Shown here: positions 50,101 to 63,253 of the stretch, one piece after another
How positions within the stretch are numbered: the stretch's first letter is position 1
Layout: every line of letters begins with the position of its first letter
Assembly: GCA_030141605.1 (NCBI GenBank)
Contig: JAQGDQ010002373.1
Location: 343,921-407,920 of the forward strand
Source of the DNA: Tubiluchus corallicola
Lineage: Eukaryota; Animalia; Priapulida
DNA: 64,000 nucleotides
Direction of reading: 5' to 3'
Program-made: the position numbers and the translations under genes
Notes under the pieces: generated by a model
Told to the model about the DNA's origin: nothing
What the model saw: only the letters and a program-made list of their open reading frames with translations
Databases searched by the model: none

Positions 50101-53100
50101 AAAAAATTCAACCAACTGCTTTACCACTGTATGCTTGTAAAGCCATGCCTGCTTGCAAAATATACTTACCTCCGAAGAAAATAAAACAGCCAAGATTTTA
50201 TCCTCAATTTCCTTAAGCTGCTTTTTGTTTTCTGCAGATTTTGTGATAAGATCATTCTTCTTTTTCTCTAACTCTGGTTTCTCTTTTGCGACCACGATAC
50301 CCAATAGTTGATCCTCCAATCCCAGAGGTGTGATCATGAAATTGACTAGTGTAACCTGTCATACAAAATGTCACATGACCATAAACTTTGGCACCCAAAT
50401 TCAACAAAACATCATGTGCTTTGTGAATTAACTGATTGATTAAAAACAGATTCACGCCTTTTATACTTGCAAAAACACCTTGCCATGCTTTCATTATTCA
50501 CTGCGATATTGTGATCAAACAAAGTTACATCAAACAAAACTTGTTGTCTTCTATAGTTCTAGCTATAACTATAGCCTCGAAACTGTAACAATTTACTTAT
50601 AATAATTAACTACGTACGACCTTTTTTTGAATTAATTTATTACCTTCGTGGATACATCAGGAAGATAGTGAGGATTGCGTAACCTAGTGGTAATGTAGAA
50701 ACGAAAGTCCTCCGAGTATTCTAATAAATTTTCACCCAGCCATATATGCTGTAACAGGTAAGCCTAGTAAATAGATTTAATATCTTGCATACTGACATAC
50801 TTAAATTGAAAGTAAAGTTTGCCAGTTTACAAAAGTGATCCATAGATTTATAAGAAATGTTAAAAATACGAAAATAATGTTCCTACACATAATGTTTTGG
50901 ATCGACTACCTTGGCAACAATGTGGTTAAACTTTCTGGCATTAATGTAAGAAAAAAAGTCCTTTAAGCTTTCAAATAACGTGTCAGAAATGAGCAAATGC
51001 ACATATCCATCAGAAAAGAATCTATGAAAACCAGGATACCTCAACCCCACTCTGTTTAAAAGTCTCTTTCTTTAGCAAGGGATCCAGAATCGGATCTAAT
51101 TCTTCTCCGACGTTTTCTAAGAGAATAGGCTGCCCAAACTGAATGCAGTTCTCCAAGGTTCGCAAGTAGTTGGGATCAGAGAGCTTAATGACGGAAAGTT
51201 TGTTTTCTCTTTCCATGTTCTTTATCCACTTGTTTGCTTGACCTGGTGAAAAGAAATTTGAAATGCATAAAGCAATTCATGCAGAGGATATGAAAATGTT
51301 TAAAAAACAAGAATAAGACAATTTTAAAGCAACATATTAACAAAGAATTCACAAACGCAAAATTTAATGAAATGTAACTTTAGATGCAAGTAGTGGCAAC
51401 AAACTGTCGCCAGGTTATAGAACTTTGACAAAATGCTTTACAGGTAGTACTTATTGCACTATCTGTGTAGTCTATCCATTTATTATAGTTAGCTTGTGTC
51501 ATAAATGAATGGCAGTTAAGAGATACCTAAAGCAAGAAGCTATACCTGTATCGCGCAAAATGTCTAGTGGCGTTAAGCCACAAAAAAGCAAAGTATGTTA
51601 AATGCTTGATACTTATGGCTCTTATATGGTAATGTCAAGTAATACACTAAAAAGCCAACTCTTATGAACTAATTTTACACATTAGAATAGAAATAGCTGT
51701 TAATCGTAACCTTGAGGATCAATTAGAAGTGGAAAGCGGCGGCTGTTAGTTGAAATGATTCCATTATCCACAGAAAATGAATCCACTGGCAATCCAGCTA
51801 TTTTCCAAGCCATGATCTTCACCGGATTACCTAGTGTGTTACTTAATGAAAACTGATCAGAGCAGGGTATGTGCCTATTTTTGCACATCTGATGCCATTG
51901 ATTAGCTGATTCCTGTAATAGCAAATACAAATAACAGGTAAATAAAGAGACGGCTTTGTGCAATTAGATGAAAGTAACAATTAACACAGAATTAAGAATT
52001 GTTTTAATGTTGCTTATTAAATTTAGCTCTTTAACGAACCTTCCTTACAGGTTCAAGTACCCGAGGCTGCACAACAATATTGCAAGAATGTTGTCACAAG
52101 ATTTTTGCAAATATGGATACCATATGGAAATGTAGATTTGCCACAACATTGCACCAATAAGTTTTCAATATGTATAAAAAATGTGTTTCCAATATCTATA
52201 TATTAATTCTACTGGTATGGGCTTTATATTGGACAATAAAATTGGTGGTATGTTGCACCAATTTTGTTCAAAAATATCTTATGTTGTACCAACATGGTGA
52301 CAATATTTCCTGAATATATTTTTTGTCAATATCCTGACAAGACTCATCATGTAAATCTTTGAAACCGTAGGAACACAAGTTCTATCGTCTCTCGATTCTA
52401 TAATACACAATTTTAACATAAACAGTAATTTAATACCGGTGTTTTGCAGTCACAAATTTATGGTAGCTGGCAAGTATTATTGCTGGTTAATGTTGCTACT
52501 TCGTCTAATTTTTTCTTGAAAAATGTAAATACAAAAAAGGTTTTAATGTGCAGTAGTACGGGTTACCACCTGTCGAAAATCAACAGTAAAAGGTCCAAGA
52601 TAACACATTACAGCAGCAGACACAAGAACATCACCAGTGATAGTTATATAACGTTCAGCTAACATTTCAGCTGCTTCTCTCCATCTTTCCTTCTCTCCTC
52701 CCAACTCATCTGTAATACGACGGAGTAGTAGTATAAAATCATTTTATTTGTTACAAATAAAAGAAATACATACATTCAAGTCATTGGATGTTTAGTTCAT
52801 TAGCAGGAGTTACATGCACAAAAACAAATGCACACAGTAACATTTTACAGCAAAATATTTTCTATAAGAATAGCAATAACTTTCGAAATAAATTTAATAA
52901 TTTAAGAAAATGTACCAGAGTGGCACCATTGCATACACTTTCTTACCAATAATCTTCTCAGCTCGTCCCAGCTTCACAGAGCACAGTTTTATATTATCCT
53001 CTAAACTTTTCTTTTTATCATTCATGGCTTGAAACTTGTTGTTAAGTTGAAGCAAATGATTTACAACCTGAATACACAAGTTACAAGAATAGTATGAACT

Positions 53101-56100
53101 TCAAGGGATTGCTTACATATACGAAGCATAAAACATCTCAACTTATTATGTTTATTTGCAAATTTTTCTAATTTAAATCTGCAGATTATTACACCAAAAG
53201 TTGGCCAAAGAGTTTGTGCAATATCAATGGTGGGGCAGTCTTTACTCCTTACTTTGGTTAAAAAGCAGGTAGCAAAATGTAACATTAAATGCTATTATAA
53301 ATAGAGACCAAGCCAGTAGCAATAATATCATACACTGTAATTCAATTCTTTTATTTTTACAATTCATGATCCAGCATTCAACAGCAGGTCCTACACAAGA
53401 CAAAAGATCATAGTAGGACTGAGACCTCATTTATTATCAAGGCCATGCCTTTAAGATGACATCTTTGTCCATTCTTTCTTTCTTTATTCTACTAAAGAGG
53501 AAGAAAAGAGAATTTTCAAGTATATCCCAAAAAACTTTTCATACAAGGTTATATTACTTAGCATTAATTTACATGTTTGAGACTTATTAAAATAGAAAAA
53601 AATTGATAATAATTTGCAATTTTGCACCACCTGGTGAAACAGTACTGCATCGCCATCCCAGTTTCAACCACAGATTCACCAAAAAACATGTTATTTAGTG
53701 GCTATTTTGGCACATATTATCCAATAGTTAAGTGGATCTTATTGAAATTGACAATATAAAGTATTTTATACTTTTGCTTATACAAATTTTATACAGCGTT
53801 ACTGTTAACGCATGTATGCAAAGATAGCACGTAGGTGATATAAAATTTCAATGCAACTTTCTTAAGCTTTATTTATGTGCGTTTTTCTTGTGTTTAACTC
53901 ATCAGTTTTGGTTCACTGTATACTATGCCTGAGTGTGCCTTACTTTTGAGACTTTAGAATAGATGTTTATTTAACACACTAGCAACTTTTTTCCTCCTGT
54001 GTCAATTAATATGCCACACTCATCGATCCGTGATCATTGTTCACACTCATTAGACTCGATAATTTCAAAATTTTATATTCTGCCAGCAGTGCCTTTGATT
54101 TACACTTTTGAAACTCTTCTTGATAAAAAAAACTTTTGTCAGAACTTAATGATCAACTTTCTTCTCTGCCCCTGGAATTATTTTGAATTGGTCCCTGTAG
54201 CTGCTTGCTTACAGTACTGTTCACGTTTGGTGCAAAGGTTTCTCTTATCATCACCCTCAGGCATTAGTAATTGTGTTGGAATAACATTACTTTATTACTT
54301 CTATCATTTGTCTTTATATCACAAGACATTTAAGTTTACACTTTGGTATTTACCTTGCTTGTTTCTCACAATGCTCGTTTTTGTAATTCTTATGTACTGT
54401 ATTTTTATTTAGGTGGATTGTCGCATGAACATGACCATAATTAACTGGTCAAAATGTAGGAAATGTTTGTGTCTGGGGTACATGGCTATTATTTTTATTT
54501 TAAGAATTTATTTCCCAATCACAAATCAATTAGACAGGTTTTTATTCAAAGTTATCAAAGTAAAAAAAAGGAAGATCCAAACCTCCTTCAGCTGAGCTTG
54601 CTTTTCGTTCAGCTTTTCCATTTGCACAGCTAATTCAGCTTCAGCAACTTTTAGCTTTGCTTGTTTTGGAGCCACAACTTTGATGACACGATCGTACACT
54701 TCCATAGCAAGCACCCAGCGAGATATCCCTTCGCATGCTGTTGATGCGTTCTTAATTAAATTAGGGTCAAACTCTGGATTGGCTATATACCTAAGTTAAA
54801 CTAAATTTATTAGCGATGCAATGCTCAATAATTAGTATGCGTGGAGTAAAGAGAAACTGACGTCAAACAATAACTAGTCAGCTGTTAATGAAATCTGCTG
54901 TTAATGAAATACAATCTAAAATCCCGATCTAATGTATTAAAAACTGGGCACTTGTATTGATTCGATGACTCAGCTTGATTGATCGTGATTGTTGCCATGA
55001 AAATGACGGTTCATTAGCAAATGGTTGGAAAACTAGTATAATAGGTACTTTTGTGACTCCAAAATCTATCTCCTAGAAAAGTGCTGAAGTAGTGAATACG
55101 AAACTCGGTACTCTGGGTTCTTGGATAACTATCTAAAAGACATCTGAACCAAAGATTGGAATTTCTGTCTGTTCTTCTGTCATTCCCCAGAAACCACTGA
55201 CTTGATTCCAGCCAAATTTGCACAGCAGGTGGGTCTGCACCACAGATAATGTCATCACTACTTCCGGTCTTACTTATGATCTAAAAGAGGCTAAAGTTTA
55301 CGATTCCCCATGCACAAGAAATTCATTCGTGAAGCAAATTAGGATTAGGGTTTGGGTTAGAGTTTGGATTACGGTTAGGGTTAGGGTTGAGGTATTTAAA
55401 TTGGGTGGGGAAATGTATAAACTCCTTCCCCAAAAGCTTGAAGACTCAAGTAGCCCTTCGAACCATCGAATCACTATCAAGCAAATGGCGTGTAAGGCAT
55501 AAAAATGTTGTAAATTGGACATATTACAAAATTTGAAAACACCAAAAAACACATTTCTTTTACTTCTCTTTAATTTTCTTCATAATAACAGGAGGGATAT
55601 TGTCCTTATCAAAGTTTTTCAGACCATCCAAGAACTTGATGTCGCTAAGAAGTTTTAAAGATACCGCCCAGTAATCGTCAATCATGCCACCGAAGCCAGA
55701 CGGATCAGGTTTTCGTTCAGGCTTAATGCCCTTTAAAACGCACACAGCCTCCAAAACAAGCTTTACCACAGGTGGTGGATTCTGTAAATAATCAGAAATT
55801 AAAATGATGATATACTTTTGTACGCAAACACTAATGTATATGCATGCAAATACTAACAAATTTTCATTTAACAGTGTGACTCTACTCAGCCACAACCAAT
55901 TTACATACTTATGAAATTTAAAAATAACACTGTGAATTCTGTGGTAATTACATAAAAATGAACAATGTTAAATGTCTTTTGAAAACTGTGCACCACATTT
56001 ATTTAGGTGCAGGAAATGGAAATAGCTTACAGGTCCACCATAATTTTTTTTATATTTTTTGTATGTTTTGACAAACTACAAGGACTAGCACTTAATGGCA

Positions 56101-57596
56101 GGACCAGCTACAAATGTCAAATGGTTGTTTCAGACATGCAGCTGGCTTACTGTCAAGAATAATCTTTAAAATAAAACACTAAACCTGTACAAAGAAGTCG
56201 ATCAGGTTTGAATACATAAATATCCACTTTCAATGACAGAGATAGCTGTAAGATAAATGAAACCAATGAGAAGCAGTGTTCCTGGCAGTTACTTATGCAT
56301 TTGTAATCGAGTCTGCCAGTACTTAACTTTGTAGCCAGTAGTATCAAGGTGTGAGTACTCTGCTATTGTCTTCATCATTTCAACACAAACCTGATAAAAG
56401 TGTCAACACAATTGTGATAAAGTGTTTGTATTACCTTCATTGACTTCACTATAGTGATATCGGCAGGTGTCAGTGTCTCCAAAGCAGTGAGTGCACTTTC
56501 TAGTGCTGGTATGGCTTCCTGCAAATCACTTTCACATTCATCTTTAATGGCTGTGGAAGCTGCAGCAGCCTCGTTGGCAACAGCTTCATCTGCTGCAACG
56601 ACCTCAATAGAAACAGAGAAGATAAAATCAAGATTATCCAGTTAATTGCAATACAAACTGGCCAGAGCCAGTATTTATTTGTTTATTGTTCCACTATGAG
56701 AAACTATCATGAGAAAACACCATTAGAAAAAGATCTCAGAACCCAATTTCACAAGACATTTGAGGATTCATAAACTCATTTATAAATAACTACATGTAAT
56801 ACAGTAGGCACCCTTTATGAGCCTCATGGTTAATAGAATCAGTCACCAAATTGACAGAAAAACATCTGATACAGGCCATTCCTATTTAAACGTTCGTAAA
56901 AATTGTCGGCAATTGACTCAAGTAACTCTGCATAATTGACTCAAAATGATTAGGATACTAGCTGTCCTTAAGTTGCACAATATAGTTAAGTTATCTGTTT
57001 GTTTTAATAAATCTTGCACAAAATATTTTGTATGCTATTAATGCTCACCTCTTTCTGCGCTTCCACCACTTTAGTATCTCGTTCGATTACAACCATCAGT
57101 TCTTCGGTTTCAACAGAAGTTTGAATCAGCTGTGGATGCAGGTCAGTCAGCTCTTTCTGCATAACTGATACCTAATCACAAACAGTGAAGAATTGATAAG
57201 AAAAGATAGAATGCTGTCTCTGTTCATCACATGATAATTATTACAAAAGACGCATGTAAGCTGAGAAGGACAAACTTTGATAATAAAGGCATCAAATGAA
57301 TCTCACTGCATTGGACCTCAGCACAAAATGTGAACAACATGTACAACATTTAACAGTTAGTTCAAAACTCCCGTATAGCCTACCAAAGGAGAAATTGCTG
57401 CACATAAGCTGGCTTAGAATTGACCAACTGAGCAAATACGACATGGTCAATCGAACAGTCATCACTTAAACCAGGTTTCGTTTACAGAGATGTTTGAAAT
57501 GGTGGTTTAATGCAAAAATACGTTTCAATTTGTATACCACAAATTTCACATTTTGTGGTATGGAGAGAGAGGGAGAGGAAGAGGGAGAGGAAGAGG

Positions 57597-57693
<97 letters not shown>

Positions 57694-57702
57694 AGGAAGA
57701 GG

Positions 57703-57799
<97 letters not shown>

Positions 57800-60700
57800 G
57801 ATATAGAAATATGTAATAAACAAAAATAAAATACTTTTTGATAGTTTTGATAATTCATAACTATGTACCATCATAAAACAACATAAATCGGTCATCAGAA
57901 AAAAAAACAGAATTACATATTGTCCACATTATTGGCAAAAGTAACTCAGCAAAGTGTTAAACAACACGAACCTGTGAAGCAGCAAAGTCCAGTTTGTCAA
58001 TCCCAGCAATGTACCGGTTCTTCATGGATGTAATTTCATCCCGCTTATGTTGCAATAATGTTTTAAATGTAAGGATTAGTTCAAGATACGATGTGGGAGT
58101 AACGTAATTGTAGCGACGCAATATGTCAAAATATCTATTGTTTAAGAATAACATGTCAGTAACTAGTTTTTTCTTTGCACCTATTGTTCCTATACAGTAT
58201 ACTTAATTGTACAGCAAGACTCTACATCCTGATAGTTAGGAAATACAGTCACTAGACTTTTGCTGAAATTTTTCTATACGTGTTTACATATTATACTGTG
58301 ACTATTATATACAAGATGCATTTAACTTGTAAATAACTATGAACTTATTCTTTACTAGACATATTAAAGAAAAAAAATTATCCAAATTTAGTAGTATTTT
58401 GAAACGAAAAATCCTTTGCAATGCAAGTAACATAGTAGCCATTATTAAAACAACAGCCTGCACAAATTGACTTGGATTATTCACAACATAGATGTTCTAT
58501 TAAGAGGGCAAAACGAGTCAAACACGACGAACAAAACAATCTGCTACATAAAGGAAGGCATGGTAAGTAGAATACGTACTTTTGACTTTGTTTTCTAACG
58601 CTGCTATGGAAAATTTTACACAGTTCAACACAGTGGTTGTGCAGTTCTTCAGGGAAGTTTAAATCAGTCAAGAATCTATGAGCCACCATCTCCAATGCAT
58701 CTTCAGGCCAAGCCTGATCAAATAGACAATAAATGAATGGTATGGAAATTTAATGAATTGTATTAAAGACAAAAACAAAGACAGAGAAACCCTACATGAA
58801 AGTGTGCATCACATTACGAGTTTAATTGCTAGTTGCAGCAAAAGTTTACCTTAGCAGAATGCTAAACACAACATGGCCTAAAGAACGTGATTTAGTAACT
58901 AGATCACAATATTATTATTGCCGAATTCTATTAACCATGCTACTCAAACTACAATAAAGGTGAACCAGTCATTTTGTTTTTGATTACTCATAAAAACTGT
59001 TGTTTGGTATTTGATTAGAAGCTCAGTTTGTCATTTTCACAGGTTGCATTGCATTGTCTGCATTGTCTAATGTTCATGAGTGACTCAATCTGGTTTTCTT
59101 AGAAACAAATTTAAGAATATTATAAGATCATAATATGACAGATATTAGAAGCACTAAAACTAAAACTTTTCAAAATCAAGGAAACAGTTTTTTTTACTTT
59201 TCAGTGAACTATTTGCATAATATTAAACATCTGCATTCTAAGCTGAAGAAAAACTTAGCTTTAAAAATTTGCTTGCTAATTTTAACTACTGTTCGAATTT
59301 AGATAAAAAATATTTACACATACTTGAAACCAGTCAATAGTGCAACAGTTTATAAGTGATGGAAACATCCGTAGTCGATTACGGAGCGCGTCACCAATCG
59401 GACTCACGGTGAACACAATGTGCAAATTTTTTCGCACACGCTCGATGAAAAAGTTAAACATCGCTAATGGTGTAGCTTCGATTGTCCTACCCTGATAAGT
59501 AAATGTTAAGAATTAGTTATTTAGCATGCAGTCAAAACCCTTTATGGCCCGTACAATTTGCGGCGTTTTTTTCATGTATGGGGCTCCCAGCCCACATCAG
59601 TATGTAAACCATAAATGCAATTACATGTATAACTGAATAAAAAAACATAAAGTTAAAAAAAGTTTGTGCATCAAGGTGTCGACATCAGCTGAAGTAAGTT
59701 ACAAATGTAATTATAAACACAAAAACTTACTGGTCGGTAATGAATTACCAAACAGAGTTTCCAAAAAATGTGTTTAATTTTAATAGAAAAACACCACCTA
59801 GCAGTTAAATTAAATGAATTTTGGTATTTATAAAATAGCAAAAAAAATGACGGAGAAAAAATAGACTTTCCCCAGACCAACTACATGACTACATGACTTG
59901 GACACAAAGACCAATGGGTTCTTTTGAGTCAACTGGTCTTTGATAACGTTGGCTAAAGCTTCTAATCAAAAAGCTCTGGTCAAATTTCACTATTACAACT
60001 GTTGGAATGTAAGTTTTTTTGCTATCAAATTAATAAACAAACTATTTCCATACGGTAATATTAGTTAGTAAATAAATCTTACCTGCTACAGATTAGCAAT
60101 TAGCTAAATAAAAAATCCTGCTCTTATTAAAAGCAAAAACATCAAAAGCTGCAGCATCATAAACACACATGATTATCAAAAATAAACAGTGAGAAAACAA
60201 CCAAAGATCGCGTAAAAAACACAGCGACGAAGCAACAGTCAAGAATTTAAAACACAGCTTAAAGCAAGCATTGCAACTGGTAATTAAACTCGTTTTGGAA
60301 AACTACATTGCACGCTGCATGCCAAGTTTCATACTTCATTTTTTGCAATTGCTTGCATTTTCTCAATGATTTCAGCTTTTTCATCTGGTGGGTAGAGATT
60401 TGGTACATCTCCTGTATTAAGTATCATGTTAATATCTTCCACGTATGATTCGTTCTTAATCTGGTTGTCACTAAACAGAAAAACAATGGGCTTGCCTTCT
60501 GTTCCTGCCTTTCGAAGTACCTAAAAATTTTAGATAAGAAAACATTGTGGTAATATATGAATTCTAAAAATGAACTTAGAATTGAAAAAGGTGAGCCACT
60601 AAATATATCAAATTATTAGTGCCAGACTAATAAAACTATATTAATACTGACTAAGTGACTGAAAAATATTATGAATAACTTACGTTATAGAATCTCAGTG

Positions 60701-63253
60701 AATAAAAAATACCAATGACAGATTGCAAAATGATAATTACAGTCACACGGTGTGGGTGGTACATTTTAATAATTTTTTGTTAATTAGTTTTTGCATTTTT
60801 GTCTATAGTAATTCGTTTTTTTGTGTTATAGACAGTTTTATGCTGAAATAAAGGCAAATTGAAATGAATTATAAGCACAAATCTAACCGAACTTTCTTGC
60901 CATCCTTACCAGCTTTATATCTTCTCTCCAATCAGCAGTAGTGTAAGTTCTAGTGATTTGGATCTGAAACAACTGATAACCAGCCATGAATGTTGCTAGT
61001 TTTGTAGCACTGTGCCGCCCACTTCCGCCAACACCTAGGAAACAAAAAATATTTGACAAACAGAAAAAAATAGGCACACATTATCTTTGGATACATGTAT
61101 ACATAAATAACAATACCGGGGCAAGTGGAAACTATATAAAAGGAATGCAGTGCATTGACACAAATATTTAAATGAGCACAGCTCTAAGCAGTGATGGCTG
61201 TAAAAAATAAGGAGAAAATAAAATAAAAGTTTATTTGCAACGAACTTACACTGAACAGTGAACTATGCTGAAAATTCTACACTGTAGACTAGCCCACACT
61301 GCCATATTAGATAAAATAAGATGAGATCAATTTGTTTTTCACGAAAGAAAATTGTTTTTGTTGCACAACATAAAGAGATCACAACACGGAAAATTATATA
61401 AATATGTACTGAACAAATTCATAAAATGTGAGTCAGTCCTCTAGAATCAGAAAAAATGAGTATTCTAAGAACACTGCCATGTATCATGTACCATACAGAT
61501 GGGTAAATAAATTAGATACAAATAAGAAAGAAATCACTTTGTAAGAGCAGAATGAGATTGAAGGGAATGAGATTGGGACACTGTGAGATCGCAACCAGGA
61601 TGGGAATGAGTTAACAGATTGAGGGGAACATTGTGAGATCCCAACCCGGACGGAACTGAGCAAGTAGTTAACAGATTGAAGGAAACACTGTGAGGCCCCA
61701 ACCAGGATGGGATTGAGCAAGTAGTTAACAGATTGAAGGGGACACTGTGAGATCCCAACCCAGACGGGATTCAGTAAGTAGTTAACAGATTGAAGGGAGC
61801 TCTATGTTCCAAGGAGGTCCAAGTCCTAATCTCTAATGGTTCTTCCTGTTTTTAGCCAATTTTATTACAGATGGATTTCAGTATTTCATTTCATGGACAT
61901 CAATATAAGATTTAAGTGAAATTTACAAACAATTATACAGTCATTTCAAGCAAAAAAACATGAAAGGAATAGGATATAATAACATTTGTCCACTCTACAA
62001 AAATAGGACTGTCAAATGCATAAAAGAAGTATTAACAATTTCATTTAAAGTTTAAATTCAATTCGTACGTGTGAGTTAATTTGCACGTGTTCCATATACG
62101 TTTTGCTTATTTTAGCTGGAGTTAGACATTTGGATTCACGTTTAATAATAGTGATCAGCATAGTGATCCAGGTCCTTATATATCATTATGAGTCCAATAT
62201 TGTTATTTTTGCACCCATCATATAAAGTGCATATTATTCCACCCTACATAGTACATATTTCTGTGTATCAGACAAAGATAAGAGTTGAGCTTACCTACTA
62301 GCAGTGCATGCCCATCATCCTGTTTTAGAATTCTACTAATGCGGCTGATGTGCTCAATAGCAAATTTAAACATAACTAGTGGCATTTGTGTTTTACTGGA
62401 GGAATTATAATCATCTAGATACCTAGATACAATGAAATAACAGTCAGCATAAATAAACAGAAAAAAATGAGTATTCTGTAGACAGCGTTCATATTGTTAT
62501 AGAAAATGAATGCTACTGTGGCAGCTTAACATGAAATTTTAATGGAAATAGTCAGATAAAGTGTTTGCATCTTAATCAGGAAATTAACATGTCCCTTATA
62601 AATTAATACTAATTAAATTAATTTCACATTATTAATTAATAATAAGTTTCAAATCAACTATTAGTTAAATTTTTGAAATAAAGATAAATCAAAAAAATTA
62701 ATTTTAACATAATAGTTACTGAATAAGAATTTGTGCCAAGCCTCTTTTGGAAACACAGAAGCTCATCGTCACAATGACAGGTTCTCTGCTAGTTTTTAGC
62801 TCCGCTTGTATTCTATACTATTAGCTAAACCATTTCATCTACAGTAGCAGATATATAACTAATTTGTACTAGAGTACTTACTAGTTTTTTACACAAATTA
62901 TAATTTTTTTTACATTACATTTAATATTAAATTAAAAACAAAAGCAGAAAGGACAAACAAATATTGTCCAATGATTATATTGTAAGCAAGTGAAGTTGAT
63001 ATATGCAAAAGCAAACAAGAATTACACATACTGTTCCATTAAGGAAATCAATGCATTGAGGTCAGTCACTTCGTCATACAATTTTGGTTCAGTTGGATCG
63101 TTACTTGGATGCAGATAGTCGCCAAACATCAGACTCCTCACATCATCATCAGTGACACATTGGTTTTCCACAGCTAAGTGGCCAAGAAGTCGGTCAATGT
63201 TTGCACGGAAATACGTATCACAAGCTTTCTGAACAATGTCAAAAAACTGCAAT
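29152..63253 (-). CDS. DNAH3: Axonemal inner-arm dynein heavy chain (DNAH3-like), 3' partial: 33 exons, ~1800 aa covering AAA4, stalk/MTBD, AAA5, AAA6 and C-terminal domain; 5' part lies beyond the window
   Basis: Exons, 5'->3': 63032-63253, 62295-62422, 60910-61034, 60335-60520, 59324-59491, 58580-58713, 57972-58134, 57049-57171, 56435-56602, 55564-55781, 54583-54790, 52947-53067, 52570-52709, 51711-51912, 51040-51242, 50644-50748, 50170-50355, 49949-50029, 48737-48898, 46303-46463, 43534-43691, 43091-43245, 41659-41865, 39790-39906, 37921-38124, 36121-36258, 34748-34911, 33911-34064, 32228-32486, 31098-31233, 30110-30198, 29846-29967, 29152-29448. Phases consistent, no internal stops. Motifs: [15 protein letters not shown] (AAA4 P-loop), [81 protein letters not shown]. 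The C-terminus [16 protein letters not shown] resembles human DNAH3 as recalled; DNAH7/DNAH12 are not excluded without a tree. Confidence 0.9.
30310..30716 (+). mobile_element. RTE-like LINE 3' end with (GAT)n tail
   Basis: [20 protein letters not shown]...[11 protein letters not shown] followed by gatgatgataatgatgatga. Confidence 0.6.
31714..31780. repeat. Compound (GTA/GCA)n trinucleotide microsatellite
   Basis: Direct observation. Confidence 0.85.
33360..33420 (+). mobile_element. CR1-like 3' terminal stem-loop remnant
   Basis: GACTAGATGACC..GGTCCTTCC resembles the CR1 3' tail and is enclosed by a CAGGGCAGG/CCTTGCCCTG inverted repeat. Confidence 0.45.
34165..34255. repeat. Compound (CTA/CTG/CCA)n trinucleotide microsatellite
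   Basis: Direct observation. Confidence 0.85.
36455..36910 (-). mobile_element. L2-type LINE 3' end
   Basis: Minus-strand [30 protein letters not shown] plus a 3' tail; the same tail recurs at 44660-44850. Confidence 0.65.
37076..37387. mobile_element. hAT-family MITE, 312 bp
   Basis: Perfect 8-bp TSD CTTGTAAG (37068-37075 and 37388-37395); TIRs CAGGGACACATTA / TAATCTGGCCCTG (11/13); GGGCCCC subterminal motifs. Confidence 0.88.
40925..40992. repeat. Short tandem GGACATTTGGACAC repeats (transposon subterminal type); a related inverted array lies at 47675-47730
   Basis: 3-4 copies of gacatttggaca; the GTGCCCAAATGTC repeats at 47676-47727 are a similar motif in the opposite orientation. Confidence 0.55.
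42020..42375. repeat. Minisatellite, ~72-bp unit x ~5, degenerate
   Basis: Recurring tctagactgctgggtt/gtggt..gttagctactgattacag at about 70-72 bp spacing. Confidence 0.85.
44660..44850 (-). mobile_element. Second copy of the L2-type LINE 3' tail
   Basis: Shares gtgctctttcaataaa...attagacc...cattcaccact...aatactgcttaa with 36470-36620. Confidence 0.6.
45018..45931. mobile_element. hAT-family MITE, 914 bp
   Basis: TIRs CAGTGGTGTCGTG / CACAACGCCCCTG; 8-bp TSD AACGTAAC/AACATAAC (7/8); direct-repeated GCCCCCCCCCCAATTTT subterminal blocks. Confidence 0.82.
46140..46265 (+). mobile_element. Penelope-like element pLTR remnant with a degenerate minimal hammerhead ribozyme
   Basis: TATATAAA (46151), CTGATGA core (46185-46191), GACAG/CTGTC stem II, mutated GAAAC, then AATAAA (~46252). 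Confidence 0.55.
55295..55423. mobile_element. Small inverted-repeat element carrying a degenerate (TTAGGG)n array
   Basis: Imperfect IRs AGTTTACGATTCCCCA / TGGGGAAATGTATAAACT flank about 9 TTAGGG-like hexamers (55339-55392). Confidence 0.55.
57562..57800. repeat. Compound (GA)n microsatellite, ~240 bp pure purine tract
   Basis: Direct observation; it accounts for the ER/LS-repeat ORFs in the ORF track. Confidence 0.98.
61555..61800. repeat. Minisatellite, 57-bp unit x ~4.3
   Basis: TTAACAGATTGA recurs at 61611, 61668, 61725 and 61782 (exact 57-bp period). Confidence 0.92.

Noticed and set aside
57466-57895. Five ORFs with ER/RE or LS/SL repeats
   Set aside because: They are translations of the (GA)n microsatellite, not genes.
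61484-61800. CRISPR-like regular repeats and repeat-containing ORFs
   Set aside because: The whole 57-bp unit repeats with no unique spacers, there are no cas genes and the context is a eukaryotic intron; it is a minisatellite.
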